This document shows positions 27,531-36,401 of a stretch of DNA of 64,000 nucleotides, one piece after another. The notes beneath the pieces were generated by a model that worked only from the letters and a program-made list of their open reading frames with translations, was not told where the DNA came from and searched no databases. The DNA is taken from contig JABSQM010000002.1 in assembly GCA_013215805.1 (NCBI GenBank), positions 92,420-156,419 of the forward strand, read 5' to 3'. Both the position numbers and the translations under genes were made by a program. Positions within the stretch are counted from its first letter, which is position 1; every line of letters begins with the position of its first letter. The stretch comes from Piscirickettsiaceae bacterium. GTDB lineage: Bacteria > Pseudomonadota > Gammaproteobacteria > Nitrosococcales > Methylophagaceae.

Positions 27531-27559
27531 AAAAAGGCCAGTGATTCAGCTCACCAGCC
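27531..27559 (-). terminator. Intrinsic terminator/attenuator between rplL and rpoB
   Basis: The minus-strand RNA reads GGCUGGUGA-gcugaa-UCACUGGCC followed by UUUUU: a 9-bp stem including two G-U pairs. The same positions would be C-A mismatches in a plus-strand transcript, so the orientation matches the operon. It lies 47 nt downstream of the rplL stop, at the position of the classical rplL-rpoB attenuator. Confidence 0.6.
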
Positions 27560-27605
27560 ATTTTCATATATCTAGGTACTCAGGCCACCACGGTAAAGGA
27601 TAAGC

Positions 27606-27980
27606 CTATCTGAGTTCGGCAGTAGCGCCAGCCTCTTCAAGTTGCTTCACAACATCCTTAGCTTCCTCTTTTCCAATAGCTTCCTTAATAGTTGCAGGAA
27701 CACCCTCAACCATCGATTTGGCCTCTTTCAAACCAAGGCTAGTGATGTTACGAACTACCTTAATTACCTTAACCTTATTAGCGCCGAAACTAGGCATTAC
27801 GACATCAAACTCAGTTTGTTCTATAACATCGGCGCTACTCTCATTGCCAACAGTAGCCGCTACAGCTACCGGAGCAGCAGTTACGCCAAATTTCTTTTCC
27901 ATTGCTTCGATCAAATCAACGACCTCGACAACTGTCATATTAGAAATTGTTTCCAAGATATCATCTTTAGATACAGACAT
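27606..27980 (-). CDS. rplL: 50S ribosomal protein L7/L12
   Basis: 124 aa, Ala-rich hinge, C-terminal '...[43 protein letters not shown]'. Confidence 0.98.
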   Translation of the reverse strand: MSVSKDDILETISNMTVVEVVDLIEAMEKKFGVTAAPVAVAATVGNESSADVIEQTEFDVVMPSFGANKVKVIKVVRNITSLGLKEAKSMVEGVPATIKEAIGKEEAKDVVKQLEEAGATAELR

Positions 27981-28037
27981 GTTTCTTTCCTATTTCAAGC
28001 TTACAGAATATAAATACAGCATTAGTCCAAATAGAAA

Positions 28038-28565
28038 CTAAGCCTCTTCTTTTACATCACTAACTGCCGCAAGCGTATAAACCACCTTGCTAATTGGGAC
28101 GGCTAAAGTACAAATAAATTTTTCAATTGGTGCCTTTATAGTGCTTATGAGAGTTGCAATTGCTTGGTCTTTAGTAGGTAATTTAGCCAGCTTCTCAATA
28201 TCAATTGCAGGTAATAATTTGCAACCAAGAGACACCATTTTAATTTTAAATGCGTCATTTTCCTTAGCAAAAGAACTCATAACACGCGCAACAGCACTTG
28301 GATCCTTAGTTGAGAAACCAAAAACTAAAGGGCCTGTCATTCCTTCCTGCATACAAGCAAAATTGGTTGCTTCAACGGCAAGTTTGGCCAATGTGTTACG
28401 AATGACACGTAGGTAAACGTTATCCTTACGAGCTGCAACACGTAGCACAGTCATATCTAAAACGGTTAATCCATGATATTCAGCTGCAACAGCCGAATAT
28501 GCAGATTTTGCCACTTCAGTGACCTCAGCAACGACGGCCTTTTTCTCTTCAATATTCAAAGCCAC
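28038..28565 (-). CDS. rplJ: 50S ribosomal protein L10
   Basis: 175 aa, 'MALNIEEKKAVVAEVTEVAKSAYSAVAAEYHGLTV'; immediately upstream of rplL. Confidence 0.96.
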   Translation of the reverse strand: MALNIEEKKAVVAEVTEVAKSAYSAVAAEYHGLTVLDMTVLRVAARKDNVYLRVIRNTLAKLAVEATNFACMQEGMTGPLVFGFSTKDPSAVARVMSSFAKENDAFKIKMVSLGCKLLPAIDIEKLAKLPTKDQAIATLISTIKAPIEKFICTLAVPISKVVYTLAAVSDVKEEA

Positions 28566-28781
28566 CCAAAGTACTCCTTAGATTTACTACAAAAATGGTA
28601 GCATGTGCTCATGGAGGAGTTTACTCCTCCACCATTACGGTGTTCAACATCAAAAATTATACAGCTGAATCCGTCTGCATAGGTTAATTTCCAAAATTCA
28701 ATTAAATGTTCATGTCCAAAGTTTTGGACTCCCTGCCAAAAAATAGGTCTACAAATAATTTATAAATTCATGTTCTTCATC
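28566..28781 (-). promoter_or_regulatory. rplJ leader region (candidate L10 autoregulatory leader plus internal promoter)
   Basis: This 216-nt spacer between rplA and rplJ is the largest in the r-protein block. It contains a perfect 8-bp stem, TGGAGGAG-TTTA-CTCCTCCA, at 28612-28631. In other gammaproteobacteria the L10 leader occupies this location. Confidence 0.4.
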
Positions 28782-29474
28782 TCACCCTAAGAACGATCTA
28801 TCAATCATGACGCCGATACCCATCGTGCTAGACACGCTGATAAGTTTGATATATATACCTTTGGATGAATTCGGTTTTAATTTATTTAAATCATCAAGTA
28901 AAGTCTCCAGATTTTGTTGTAAGGCCTTAACTTTAAAGCTTGCGATACCAATCGAACAGTGAACAATGCCGGCCTTATCCGCACGATATCGTACCTGACC
29001 GGATTTGGCATTTTTGATCGCCTCAGCCAAGTTACTAGTTATGGTACCCACCTTAGGGTTAGGCATTAAACCTCGAGGGCCTAAAACCTGACCCAATGTA
29101 CCTACAACTCGCATTGTATCCGGAGAAGCGATAATAACATCAAAATTTACATTACCTGCTTTAATTGATTCTGCAAGATCATCAAGACCTACGATATCAG
29201 CACCAGCTGCGAGAGCAGTTTCGGCACTTACACCTTGAGCGAATACAGCTACACGTACCGTCTTGCCTATCCCATTCGGCAATAAGGTAGAGCCACGAAC
29301 CACTTGATCAGATTTACGTGGGTCAACACCTAAATTAATGGCTACATCAATTGATTCAACAAATTTTGCTGACGCATTGTCTTTAACAAATGTCAAGGCT
29401 CTTTCAACAGAATATGTCCTACCCATTTCAAATTTTTTATAAATTGCACGGATTCTTTTGCTATGAACAGCCAT
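28782..29474 (-). CDS. rplA: 50S ribosomal protein L1
   Basis: 230 aa, '[30 protein letters not shown]'; follows rplK. Confidence 0.97.
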   Translation of the reverse strand: MAVHSKRIRAIYKKFEMGRTYSVERALTFVKDNASAKFVESIDVAINLGVDPRKSDQVVRGSTLLPNGIGKTVRVAVFAQGVSAETALAAGADIVGLDDLAESIKAGNVNFDVIIASPDTMRVVGTLGQVLGPRGLMPNPKVGTITSNLAEAIKNAKSGQVRYRADKAGIVHCSIGIASFKVKALQQNLETLLDDLNKLKPNSSKGIYIKLISVSSTMGIGVMIDRSFLG

Positions 29475-29909
29475 TTACTTTGCACCCTCTACATCTATGC
29501 CCATACTACGTGCAGTACCAGAAATAACTCTTACCGCCGCATCCATATCATTAGCATTAAGATCAGCCATTTTAATTGTTGCAATACCTTCTAACTGTGA
29601 GCGGCTAACTACCCCCACTTTTTCAATATTGGGATGACTGCTGCCACTTGAAATACCAACGGCTTGTTTTAATAAAATTGCGGCTGGAGGTGTTTTAGTG
29701 ATGAATGTAAAGCTTTTATCATTAAACACTGTAATTATTACAGGAATTGGAATATTTTGCTCCATATTTTGAGTTTTTGCATTAAATTCTTTACAAAATT
29801 CCATAATATTCACACCATGTTGTCCTAATGAAGGCCCAACAGGAGGACTTGGATTTGCTTTACCAGCTGGCACTTGCAGCTTGATGTAAGCATCTATCTT
29901 CTTAGCCAT
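29475..29909 (-). CDS. rplK: 50S ribosomal protein L11
   Basis: 144 aa, '[43 protein letters not shown]'. Confidence 0.98.
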   Translation of the reverse strand: MAKKIDAYIKLQVPAGKANPSPPVGPSLGQHGVNIMEFCKEFNAKTQNMEQNIPIPVIITVFNDKSFTFITKTPPAAILLKQAVGISSGSSHPNIEKVGVVSRSQLEGIATIKMADLNANDMDAAVRVISGTARSMGIDVEGAK

Positions 29910-29982
29910 AAATTACTCCATAACGAAATTTAAACACCTTCCGACTCTCTACGAAAATAAATTTAGTATAAACTAAATCAAT

Positions 29983-30516
29983 CTAAGCTTTTGCTACCTG
30001 ACCAAATTCAAGTTCAACTGGTGTTGAACGCCCGAAGATAAGCACCTCAACACACAACCTACTTTTTTCGTAATTAACCTCTGCAACAACGCCCGTAAAG
30101 TCATTAAAAGGACCATCGGTAACACGAACCACTTCACCTGGCTCAAACAATACCTTCGGACGTGGACTATCCGCACCCTCCCGTACCCGTTGAAGAATAT
30201 GATTTGCTTCAGTATCGCTAATTGAAGCAGGACGATCACCGGTACCTCCAATAAATCGCAATACACGGGGAATATTACTTACCATATGCCAAGTATTATT
30301 ATGCATCTCCATATTGACTAATACATATCCAGGAAAAAACTTCCTTTCACTCTTACGTGGCTGGCCATCACGCATTTCAACTACCTCTTCAGTAGGAATT
30401 AAAATTTCATCGAATTTATCCTGCATGTCCAAAAGCTTAATACGCTCTTCTAGAGAACGTTTAACCTGAGCTTCAAAGCCGGAATAAGCTTGGATCACAT
30501 ACCAACGTTTACTCAT
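29983..30516 (-). CDS. nusG: Transcription termination/antitermination factor NusG
   Basis: Start placed at the ATG at 30516 ('[28 protein letters not shown]...', 177 aa). The track ORF extends 14 codons further, into the secE 3' end. Confidence 0.95.
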   Translation of the reverse strand: MSKRWYVIQAYSGFEAQVKRSLEERIKLLDMQDKFDEILIPTEEVVEMRDGQPRKSERKFFPGYVLVNMEMHNNTWHMVSNIPRVLRFIGGTGDRPASISDTEANHILQRVREGADSPRPKVLFEPGEVVRVTDGPFNDFTGVVAEVNYEKSRLCVEVLIFGRSTPVELEFGQVAKA

Positions 30517-30530
30517 AGTCAACACCTTCC

Positions 30531-30869
30531 TCATCGAGTTAAAATACGAACTGCCCACGCTAATATTGAATCAATACCCCATAATAATAAAGCCATTAAT
30601 ATGACCATAAGTATAACTATCAACGTTGTCTGCATAGTTTCATGTCTAGTAGGCCATACAACCTTCCGCACTTCAATTTGGGTAGCACTCAAATAGTCCA
30701 AAATAATGGACCCAACATGCGTATGTGAAACAATAAATAAAGAAAGGCCCCCTGCTGCTAGCAAACCAAGAACTCCTAGTAATGTTGAATGCTCTCTATA
30801 GGTATAAAATAAGGTGATTGCAACTATCATAATAATAGTCATTACTATTAACTTAATATTATCTGCCAT
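30531..30869 (-). CDS. secE: Preprotein translocase subunit SecE
   Basis: 112 aa with three hydrophobic segments and the conserved '[13 protein letters not shown]'. It lies between tRNA-Trp and nusG. Confidence 0.93.
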   Translation of the reverse strand: MADNIKLIVMTIIMIVAITLFYTYREHSTLLGVLGLLAAGGLSLFIVSHTHVGSIILDYLSATQIEVRKVVWPTRHETMQTTLIVILMVILMALLLWGIDSILAWAVRILTR

Positions 30870-30908
30870 TATTTTAATTTTCTCAAATAACTTTAGTTTT
30901 AACTAAAA

Positions 30909-30984
30909 TGGCAGGCCAGGAGGGAATCGAACCCCCAACCTACGGTTTTGGAGACCGTTGCTCTGCCAATTGAGCTACTGGCCT
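30909..30984 (-). tRNA. trpT: tRNA-Trp (anticodon CCA)
   Basis: Minus-strand 76 nt: AGGCCAGTAGCTCAATTGGCAGAGCAACGGTCTCCAAAACCGTAGGTTGGGGGTTCGATTCCCTCCTGGCCTGCCA. It folds by hand into a cloverleaf, the anticodon loop is CTCCAAA, and the CCA end is encoded. Confidence 0.95.
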
Positions 30985-31049
30985 AACATAGACCTTATAT
31001 CATATAGCAAAATATCATTGGTGCTCACTTAACTCCATTGCTAAGAATA

Positions 31050-32240
31050 TTACTCAGTGATTTTACTAACAATCCCAGCACCTACGGTACGCCCTCCTTC
31101 ACGAATAGCGAAATGCAACCCATTCTCCATGGCGATCGGAGCAATCAAAGTAACCCCCATCTTAATGTTATCCCCAGGCATAACCATTTCAATCCCTGAA
31201 GGAAGGTCACATGCTCCCGTAATATCCGTCGTACGAAAATAAAACTGTGGACGATAGCCATTGAAAAATGGTGTATGACGACCACCCTCATCTTTAGATA
31301 AAATATATACTTCTGCCTCAAAACTAGTATGTGGCTTGATTGTTCTTGGATGCGCCAATACCTGCCCTCGATCAACATCCTCACGCTTAGTGCCACGTAA
31401 TAAGACCCCAACATTATCACCAGCCTGCCCCTCATCCAATAACTTACGGAACATTTCTACACCAGTGCATGTAGTTGTTTGTGTTTCCTTAATGCCAACA
31501 ATCACTAAATCTTCACCTATTTTTACAATTCCACGTTCAATGCGACCAGTTACTACTGTACCACGTCCAGATATTGAAAATACACCCTCAATAGGCATCA
31601 GAAACGCACCTTCAACTTCACGTTCCGGCTGTAAGAAATGACTGTCCATTGCTTCTCCAAGCTTCAAAATAGATGGCACACCAATATCACTGGTATCGCC
31701 TTCTAATGCCTTAAGCGCACTCCCAACTACTATGGGTGTATCGTCACTAGGAAAGTTATACTTATCTAACAACTCACGCACTTCCATTTCAACTAACTCA
31801 ATTAATTCTTCATCGTCAACCATGTCTGCTTTATTCAAAAAAACTACTATATAAGGCACTCCTACTTGACGCGACAGCAATATGTGTTCACGTGTTTGCG
31901 GCATAGGGCCGTCCGCAGCGCTTACAACTAATATAGCCCCATCCATTTGTGCAGCACCCGTAATCATATTTTTAACATAATCAGCGTGACCAGGACAATC
32001 CACATGAGCATAATGACGATTTTTTGTTTCATACTCTACGTGTGATGTTGCAATTGTAATGCCGCGTTTTTTTTCTTCTGGTGCATTATCAATATCTGCA
32101 AAAGACTTAGCCTCGCCACCTTGTGTTTCAGCCATCACCTTAGTGATAGCTGACGTCAGAGTCGTCTTGCCATGATCAACGTGACCAATTGTACCCACGT
32201 TAATGTGAGGCTTTCTTCTTATAAATTTATCTTTAGACAT
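31050..32240 (-). CDS. tufB: Elongation factor Tu (copy downstream of the tRNA cluster)
   Basis: 396 aa, 'GHVDHGKTT', 'DCPGH', 'NKAD'. It occupies the canonical tufB position (tRNA-Tyr/Gly/Thr, tuf, tRNA-Trp, secE). Confidence 0.98.
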   Translation of the reverse strand: MSKDKFIRRKPHINVGTIGHVDHGKTTLTSAITKVMAETQGGEAKSFADIDNAPEEKKRGITIATSHVEYETKNRHYAHVDCPGHADYVKNMITGAAQMDGAILVVSAADGPMPQTREHILLSRQVGVPYIVVFLNKADMVDDEELIELVEMEVRELLDKYNFPSDDTPIVVGSALKALEGDTSDIGVPSILKLGEAMDSHFLQPEREVEGAFLMPIEGVFSISGRGTVVTGRIERGIVKIGEDLVIVGIKETQTTTCTGVEMFRKLLDEGQAGDNVGVLLRGTKREDVDRGQVLAHPRTIKPHTSFEAEVYILSKDEGGRHTPFFNGYRPQFYFRTTDITGACDLPSGIEMVMPGDNIKMGVTLIAPIAMENGLHFAIREGGRTVGAGIVSKITE

Positions 32241-32319
32241 TACTAAAATTTCCCGTTAATTCATTTGCTAATAAAATAAAAACAAACAAGTAGCAATCTT
32301 GTCCATATATTCTCAATTA

Positions 32320-32395
32320 TGGAGCCCATAATCAGAATCGAACTGATGACCTCATCCTTACCAAGGATGTGCTCTACCAACTAAGCTATACGGGC
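32320..32395 (-). tRNA. tRNA-Thr (anticodon GGU)
   Basis: Minus-strand 76 nt: GCCCGTATAGCTTAGTTGGTAGAGCACATCCTTGGTAAGGATGAGGTCATCAGTTCGATTCTGATTATGGGCTCCA. The anticodon loop is TTGGTAA and the CCA end is encoded. Confidence 0.95.
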
Positions 32396-32413
32396 CTTCA
32401 TTAAAATAATTCA

Positions 32414-32487
32414 TGGAGCGGGTGATGGGAATCGAACCCACGTGATCAGCTTGGAAGGCTGGAGTTCTACCATTGAACTACACCCGC
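32414..32487 (-). tRNA. tRNA-Gly (anticodon UCC)
   Basis: Minus-strand 74 nt: GCGGGTGTAGTTCAATGGTAGAACTCCAGCCTTCCAAGCTGATCACGTGGGTTCGATTCCCATCACCCGCTCCA. The anticodon loop is CTTCCAA. There is one C-A mismatch at the top of the anticodon stem. Confidence 0.92.
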
Positions 32488-32515
32488 ATTAACCTCTCAT
32501 CGATTCAAAAATATG

Positions 32516-32600
32516 TGGTGGAGGGAGGAGGATTCGAACCTCCGAAGGCAGAGCCGTCAGATTTACAGTCTGATCCCTTTGGCCACTCGGGAACCCCTCC
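32516..32600 (-). tRNA. tRNA-Tyr (anticodon GUA)
   Basis: Minus-strand 85 nt, class II with a long variable arm: GGAGGGGTTCCCGAGTGGCCAAAGGGATCAGACTGTAAATCTGACGGCTCTGCCTTCGGAGGTTCGAATCCTCCTCCCTCCACCA. The anticodon loop is CTGTAAA. Confidence 0.95.
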
Positions 32601-32613
32601 ACTAAATTTAACT

Positions 32614-32642
32614 ATCATCCATGGTATACTAAATCATGTCAA
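32614..32642 (-). promoter_or_regulatory. Candidate sigma70 promoter for the tRNA-Tyr/Gly/Thr-tufB transcript
   Basis: The minus strand reads TTGACA (revcomp of 32637-32642), a 17-nt spacer, then GATGAT (revcomp of 32614-32619). The -10 element ends 13 nt upstream of the tRNA-Tyr 5' end. The -35 is perfect and the -10 matches 4 of 6. Confidence 0.35.
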
Positions 32643-32776
32643 TGATATTTAAAGATTAAATAATTTTGTACTCTGAAATAATTAAGTCATTATATGCATC
32701 TATAACCGAATATTAACTGTACTGCTACACAAGTCATAGTATAATGATCTAATAATTATTATAGGGAGCCTTAACT

Positions 32777-33322
32777 ATGGAACAGTACCACGGCACTACA
32801 ATTTTGTCATATCGTCGTGATGGTCAAATTGTTATCGGTGGAGATGGTCAGGTCAGCCTTGGTAGCACTGTAATAAAAAGTAATGCCCGAAAAGTCAGAC
32901 GTGTATATCATGACAAAGTACTTGCCGGATTTGCTGGTAGTACCGCAGATGCATTTACCTTATTCGAGCGCTTCGAAACTAAACTGGAAAAAAATCAAGG
33001 AAATTTAACACGTAGTGCTCTTGAACTGGCGAAAGACTGGCGTATAGACCGAATGATGCGCCGTCTTGAAGCACTATTACTAGTAGCCGATATCAAATTT
33101 TCCTTGATTATCACTGGAAATGGTGATGTCATCGAGCCAAGTAACGGCCTGATGGCTATTGGATCAGGCGGGCCATTCGCACAATCGGCTGCCACGGCAT
33201 TGATAGAGAATACCGATCTAAGTGCTCGTGATATTGTTGAAAGAAGCCTTAATATCGCAGCTGATATTTGTGTATACACTAACCGCAACCTTACTATAGA
33301 AACACTAGATAGTCGATCATAG
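32777..33322 (+). CDS. hslV: ATP-dependent protease subunit HslV
   Basis: 181 aa, 'MEQYHG|[23 protein letters not shown]...'; immediately upstream of hslU. The SD-like GGGAG lies 8 nt upstream of the ATG. Confidence 0.96.
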   Translation: MEQYHGTTILSYRRDGQIVIGGDGQVSLGSTVIKSNARKVRRVYHDKVLAGFAGSTADAFTLFERFETKLEKNQGNLTRSALELAKDWRIDRMMRRLEALLLVADIKFSLIITGNGDVIEPSNGLMAIGSGGPFAQSAATALIENTDLSARDIVERSLNIAADICVYTNRNLTIETLDSRS

Positions 33323-33333
33323 CAGAAATTATT

Positions 33334-34656
33334 ATGAAAGCATTAACTCCTAAACAAATCGTCCAAGAATTGGACAAACATATTATTGGCCAAAAAGCAG
33401 CTAAAAAAGCAGTAGCTATAGCTTTGAGAAATCGTTGGCGCCGCAAACAACTTTCTTCTGAATTACAACATGAGATTACGCCTAAAAACATTTTAATGAT
33501 CGGCCCCACCGGTGTAGGTAAGACCGAAATAGCTCGACGACTGGCTACGCTAGCCAATTCACCTTTTATTAAAATCGAGGCAACCAAATTTACTGAAGTA
33601 GGCTATGTTGGCCGTGATGTTGAATCCATTATCCGTGATTTAGCTGAAACTGCGATGAAAATGTTACGTGAGCAAGCAATTGTATCAGTTAAAAATAGGG
33701 CTGAAGATTCGGCTGAAGAGCGAGTACTTGACGCCTTATTACGTCCTGCCCGCGATCAAAAATCAGATGCAGACTCTACGACACGCCAACGATTTCGTAA
33801 AATGTTGCGCGAAAACAAATTAAATGATCGTGAAATAGAGTTAGAGATTAGCACCCCTAGTCTAGGAGTTGAAATCATGTCACCTCCAGGTATGGAAGAA
33901 ATGACCAACCAATTACAGGATATGCTACAGAATATAGGATCATCTCGCAAATCTACACGTAAATTAACTGTGGATAAGGCTATGCGGGCATTAACCGAGG
34001 AAGAAGCAGATAAGATAATTAATGAGGATGATCTTAAAGCTCAGGTTATTGAAGAAGTTGAACAGAATGGTATTGTATTCTTAGATGAAATTGATAAAAT
34101 TACACATCGCAGCGAAGGTGAAAATGGCGGCGCTGATATTTCACGTGCAGGAGTCCAACGTGATTTACTCCCTTTAGTCGAAGGCAGCACAGTATCAACC
34201 AAATACGGAATGATTAAAACAGATCATATCCTCTTTATTGCCTCAGGCGCTTTTCAGTTAAACAGCCCTACAGATTTAATTCCTGAATTACAAGGTCGAC
34301 TACCTATTAGAGTTGAATTACATGCATTAGGTTCAGAGGAATTTATACGAATATTAACTGAACCAGATGCCTCACTCACAGAGCAATATACAGCCCTTTT
34401 AGCTACCGAAAACACACAATTAAGTTTTACCAATGATGGCTTGCAACGTATTGCTGAATTAGCCTGGCAAGTTAATGAACAAACAGAAAACATTGGTGCA
34501 AGACGATTGCATACCTTATTGGAAAAATTATTAGAGGAAGTCTCATTTGATGCAGATCGAGAAAAGGCTAGAAAAGTCACTATCAACTCAGTTTATGTAG
34601 ATAAACAGCTAGCTATGCTCGTTGAAGACGAAGATTTATCTCGTTATATTCTTTAA
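33334..34656 (+). CDS. hslU: ATP-dependent protease ATPase subunit HslU
   Basis: 440 aa, '[34 protein letters not shown]', Walker A '[15 protein letters not shown]'. Confidence 0.98.
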   Translation: MKALTPKQIVQELDKHIIGQKAAKKAVAIALRNRWRRKQLSSELQHEITPKNILMIGPTGVGKTEIARRLATLANSPFIKIEATKFTEVGYVGRDVESIIRDLAETAMKMLREQAIVSVKNRAEDSAEERVLDALLRPARDQKSDADSTTRQRFRKMLRENKLNDREIELEISTPSLGVEIMSPPGMEEMTNQLQDMLQNIGSSRKSTRKLTVDKAMRALTEEEADKIINEDDLKAQVIEEVEQNGIVFLDEIDKITHRSEGENGGADISRAGVQRDLLPLVEGSTVSTKYGMIKTDHILFIASGAFQLNSPTDLIPELQGRLPIRVELHALGSEEFIRILTEPDASLTEQYTALLATENTQLSFTNDGLQRIAELAWQVNEQTENIGARRLHTLLEKLLEEVSFDADREKARKVTINSVYVDKQLAMLVEDEDLSRYIL

Positions 34657-34671
34657 AAAGTCATGGATTAA

Positions 34672-35031
34672 ATGAAAGATTCTAATATTCCTAGTGAAAT
34701 TAGCTTACATAAAAAGTCTAATGTACTGGAAGTCTCATACAACGAGGATAAATACTGCTTACTAGCAGAATACCTTAGAGTGTATTCACCTTCGGCCGAA
34801 GTCATGGGACATAACCATGGTCAAGCAATATTACAAACTAGCAAAGAATATGTCGGTATCAACCAAATTGAAAACATAGGTCATTATGCTATCAAGATTT
34901 ATTTTGATGATGGTCATAACAGCGGACTATTCACCTGGGACTATCTGCATCAACTAGCTAAAAAACAAAAAAATAATTGGCAATTATATCTAGAACGCCT
35001 AAAACAGGCGGGTTATCAACGAAAAAAATAG
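34672..35031 (+). CDS. DUF971-family protein (gamma-butyrobetaine hydroxylase-like N-terminal domain)
   Basis: 119 aa, 'AEYLRVYSPSAEV...GHYAIKIYFDDGHNSGLFTWDYL', the pattern I recall for DUF971. A homolog follows hslU in Pseudomonas-type gene orders. Confidence 0.7.
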   Translation: MKDSNIPSEISLHKKSNVLEVSYNEDKYCLLAEYLRVYSPSAEVMGHNHGQAILQTSKEYVGINQIENIGHYAIKIYFDDGHNSGLFTWDYLHQLAKKQKNNWQLYLERLKQAGYQRKK

Positions 35032-35051
35032 TAAAGCAAGGTGTCAAATAG

Positions 35052-35798
35052 GTGGAGCAAAAAAGTACTACTCATTTTGGTTACACAGAGATTCCTATAG
35101 AGAACAAAGCTAAGAAAATTTCTAATATCTTTCATTCTGTTGCTGACAAATATGATCTAATAAATGACCTAATGTCAATAGGCATACATAGGTTATGGAA
35201 ATTATTCACCATACATACCAGTGGGGTTCATCGAGGAGCTAAAGTCCTGGACATTGCTGGTGGTACAGGAGATTTGGCTTTAAAATTTTCCAAAATAGTC
35301 GGCAATACTGGTCTGGTTATTCTTGCTGATATAAATTCCAGCATGCTCAATATAGGTAGAGATCGACTGATTAACCAAGGTTTCACTAACAACGTTAACT
35401 ATGTGCAAGCCAATGCAGAACGCCTTCCTTTTTCAGATAATAGCTTCGACTGCATCACCATCTCTTTCGGCTTACGTAATGTAACTGACAAGAATGCTGC
35501 TTTACGATCCATGCATCGTAATTTGAAACCTGGAGGACAGCTTTTAATATTGGAATTTTCGCAAACGGCTGATTGGTTTGCACCCATCTATGATATTTAT
35601 TCATTTGGGTTATTACCAAAAATAGGAAAAATATTTTCTAATAATGAAAAAAGTTACCAATATCTAGCAGAATCCATTCGTATGCATCCTAACCAAGAAG
35701 CCCTAAAACAGATGATGGAAGAAGTAGGATTCGAACACTGTAAATATGATAATATGACGGCCGGTATTGTCGCTTTACACAGAGGTTACAAATTTTAA
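35052..35798 (+). CDS. ubiE: Demethylmenaquinone/ubiquinone C-methyltransferase UbiE
   Basis: 248 aa with a GTG start, '[44 protein letters not shown]', SAM motif '[12 protein letters not shown]'. Confidence 0.95.
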   Translation: MEQKSTTHFGYTEIPIENKAKKISNIFHSVADKYDLINDLMSIGIHRLWKLFTIHTSGVHRGAKVLDIAGGTGDLALKFSKIVGNTGLVILADINSSMLNIGRDRLINQGFTNNVNYVQANAERLPFSDNSFDCITISFGLRNVTDKNAALRSMHRNLKPGGQLLILEFSQTADWFAPIYDIYSFGLLPKIGKIFSNNEKSYQYLAESIRMHPNQEALKQMMEEVGFEHCKYDNMTAGIVALHRGYKF

Positions 35799-35801
35799 AA
35801 A

Positions 35802-36401
35802 ATGACGATGCTATTTATGCCTGTCGAACTGGCTCTGAATGTAATTTTAAGCCAAGATCCAGAAATTAAAGGCAAATTGAGACAGTTAGACAAGCTAAGT
35901 ATTGCACTACAAATTAAGAATATCAACCACACAATAATAGTTAAAATTGAAAATCACAAGTTACTATTAAATAGTAGCTCCGATACTAAGGCAGATCTTA
36001 CCGTTACCGCCAACGCTATTGAATTGGCAAAACTTGCATATTATCCAGATAATTTATTTTCAAAAGATATTGAGATTTATGGAGATGTACAATTTGCGAA
36101 AAAATTGCGTGATATTTTATACGAACTTGACCTTGATCTAGAAGCATTAATCGCCAATTTAACTGGCGATATATTAGCCTATCCTATCGTCCATGGATTT
36201 TGTCAAATCAATAATTGGATGAAATCAATTCATACATCTCTCGAAAAAAACATGGCTGAATATCTACGTGAAGAAGCTGAATTACTTCCTGATAAGTTAC
36301 TTACAAATAACTATTTAACCAATATCGATAAAATTCGAGCAGATTTAGAACGTTTAGAAGCTCGAGTAAATAGATTAAAAAGGAGAAATAATGAAGGTTA
36401 A
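35802..36401 (+). CDS. ubiJ: Ubiquinone biosynthesis accessory factor UbiJ (SCP2-domain, YigP-like)
   Basis: 199 aa, in the conserved slot between ubiE and ubiB. The N-terminal region is SCP2-like and the C-terminus is a coiled-coil ('IRADLERLEARVNRLKRR'). Confidence 0.7.
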   Translation: MTMLFMPVELALNVILSQDPEIKGKLRQLDKLSIALQIKNINHTIIVKIENHKLLLNSSSDTKADLTVTANAIELAKLAYYPDNLFSKDIEIYGDVQFAKKLRDILYELDLDLEALIANLTGDILAYPIVHGFCQINNWMKSIHTSLEKNMAEYLREEAELLPDKLLTNNYLTNIDKIRADLERLEARVNRLKRRNNEG

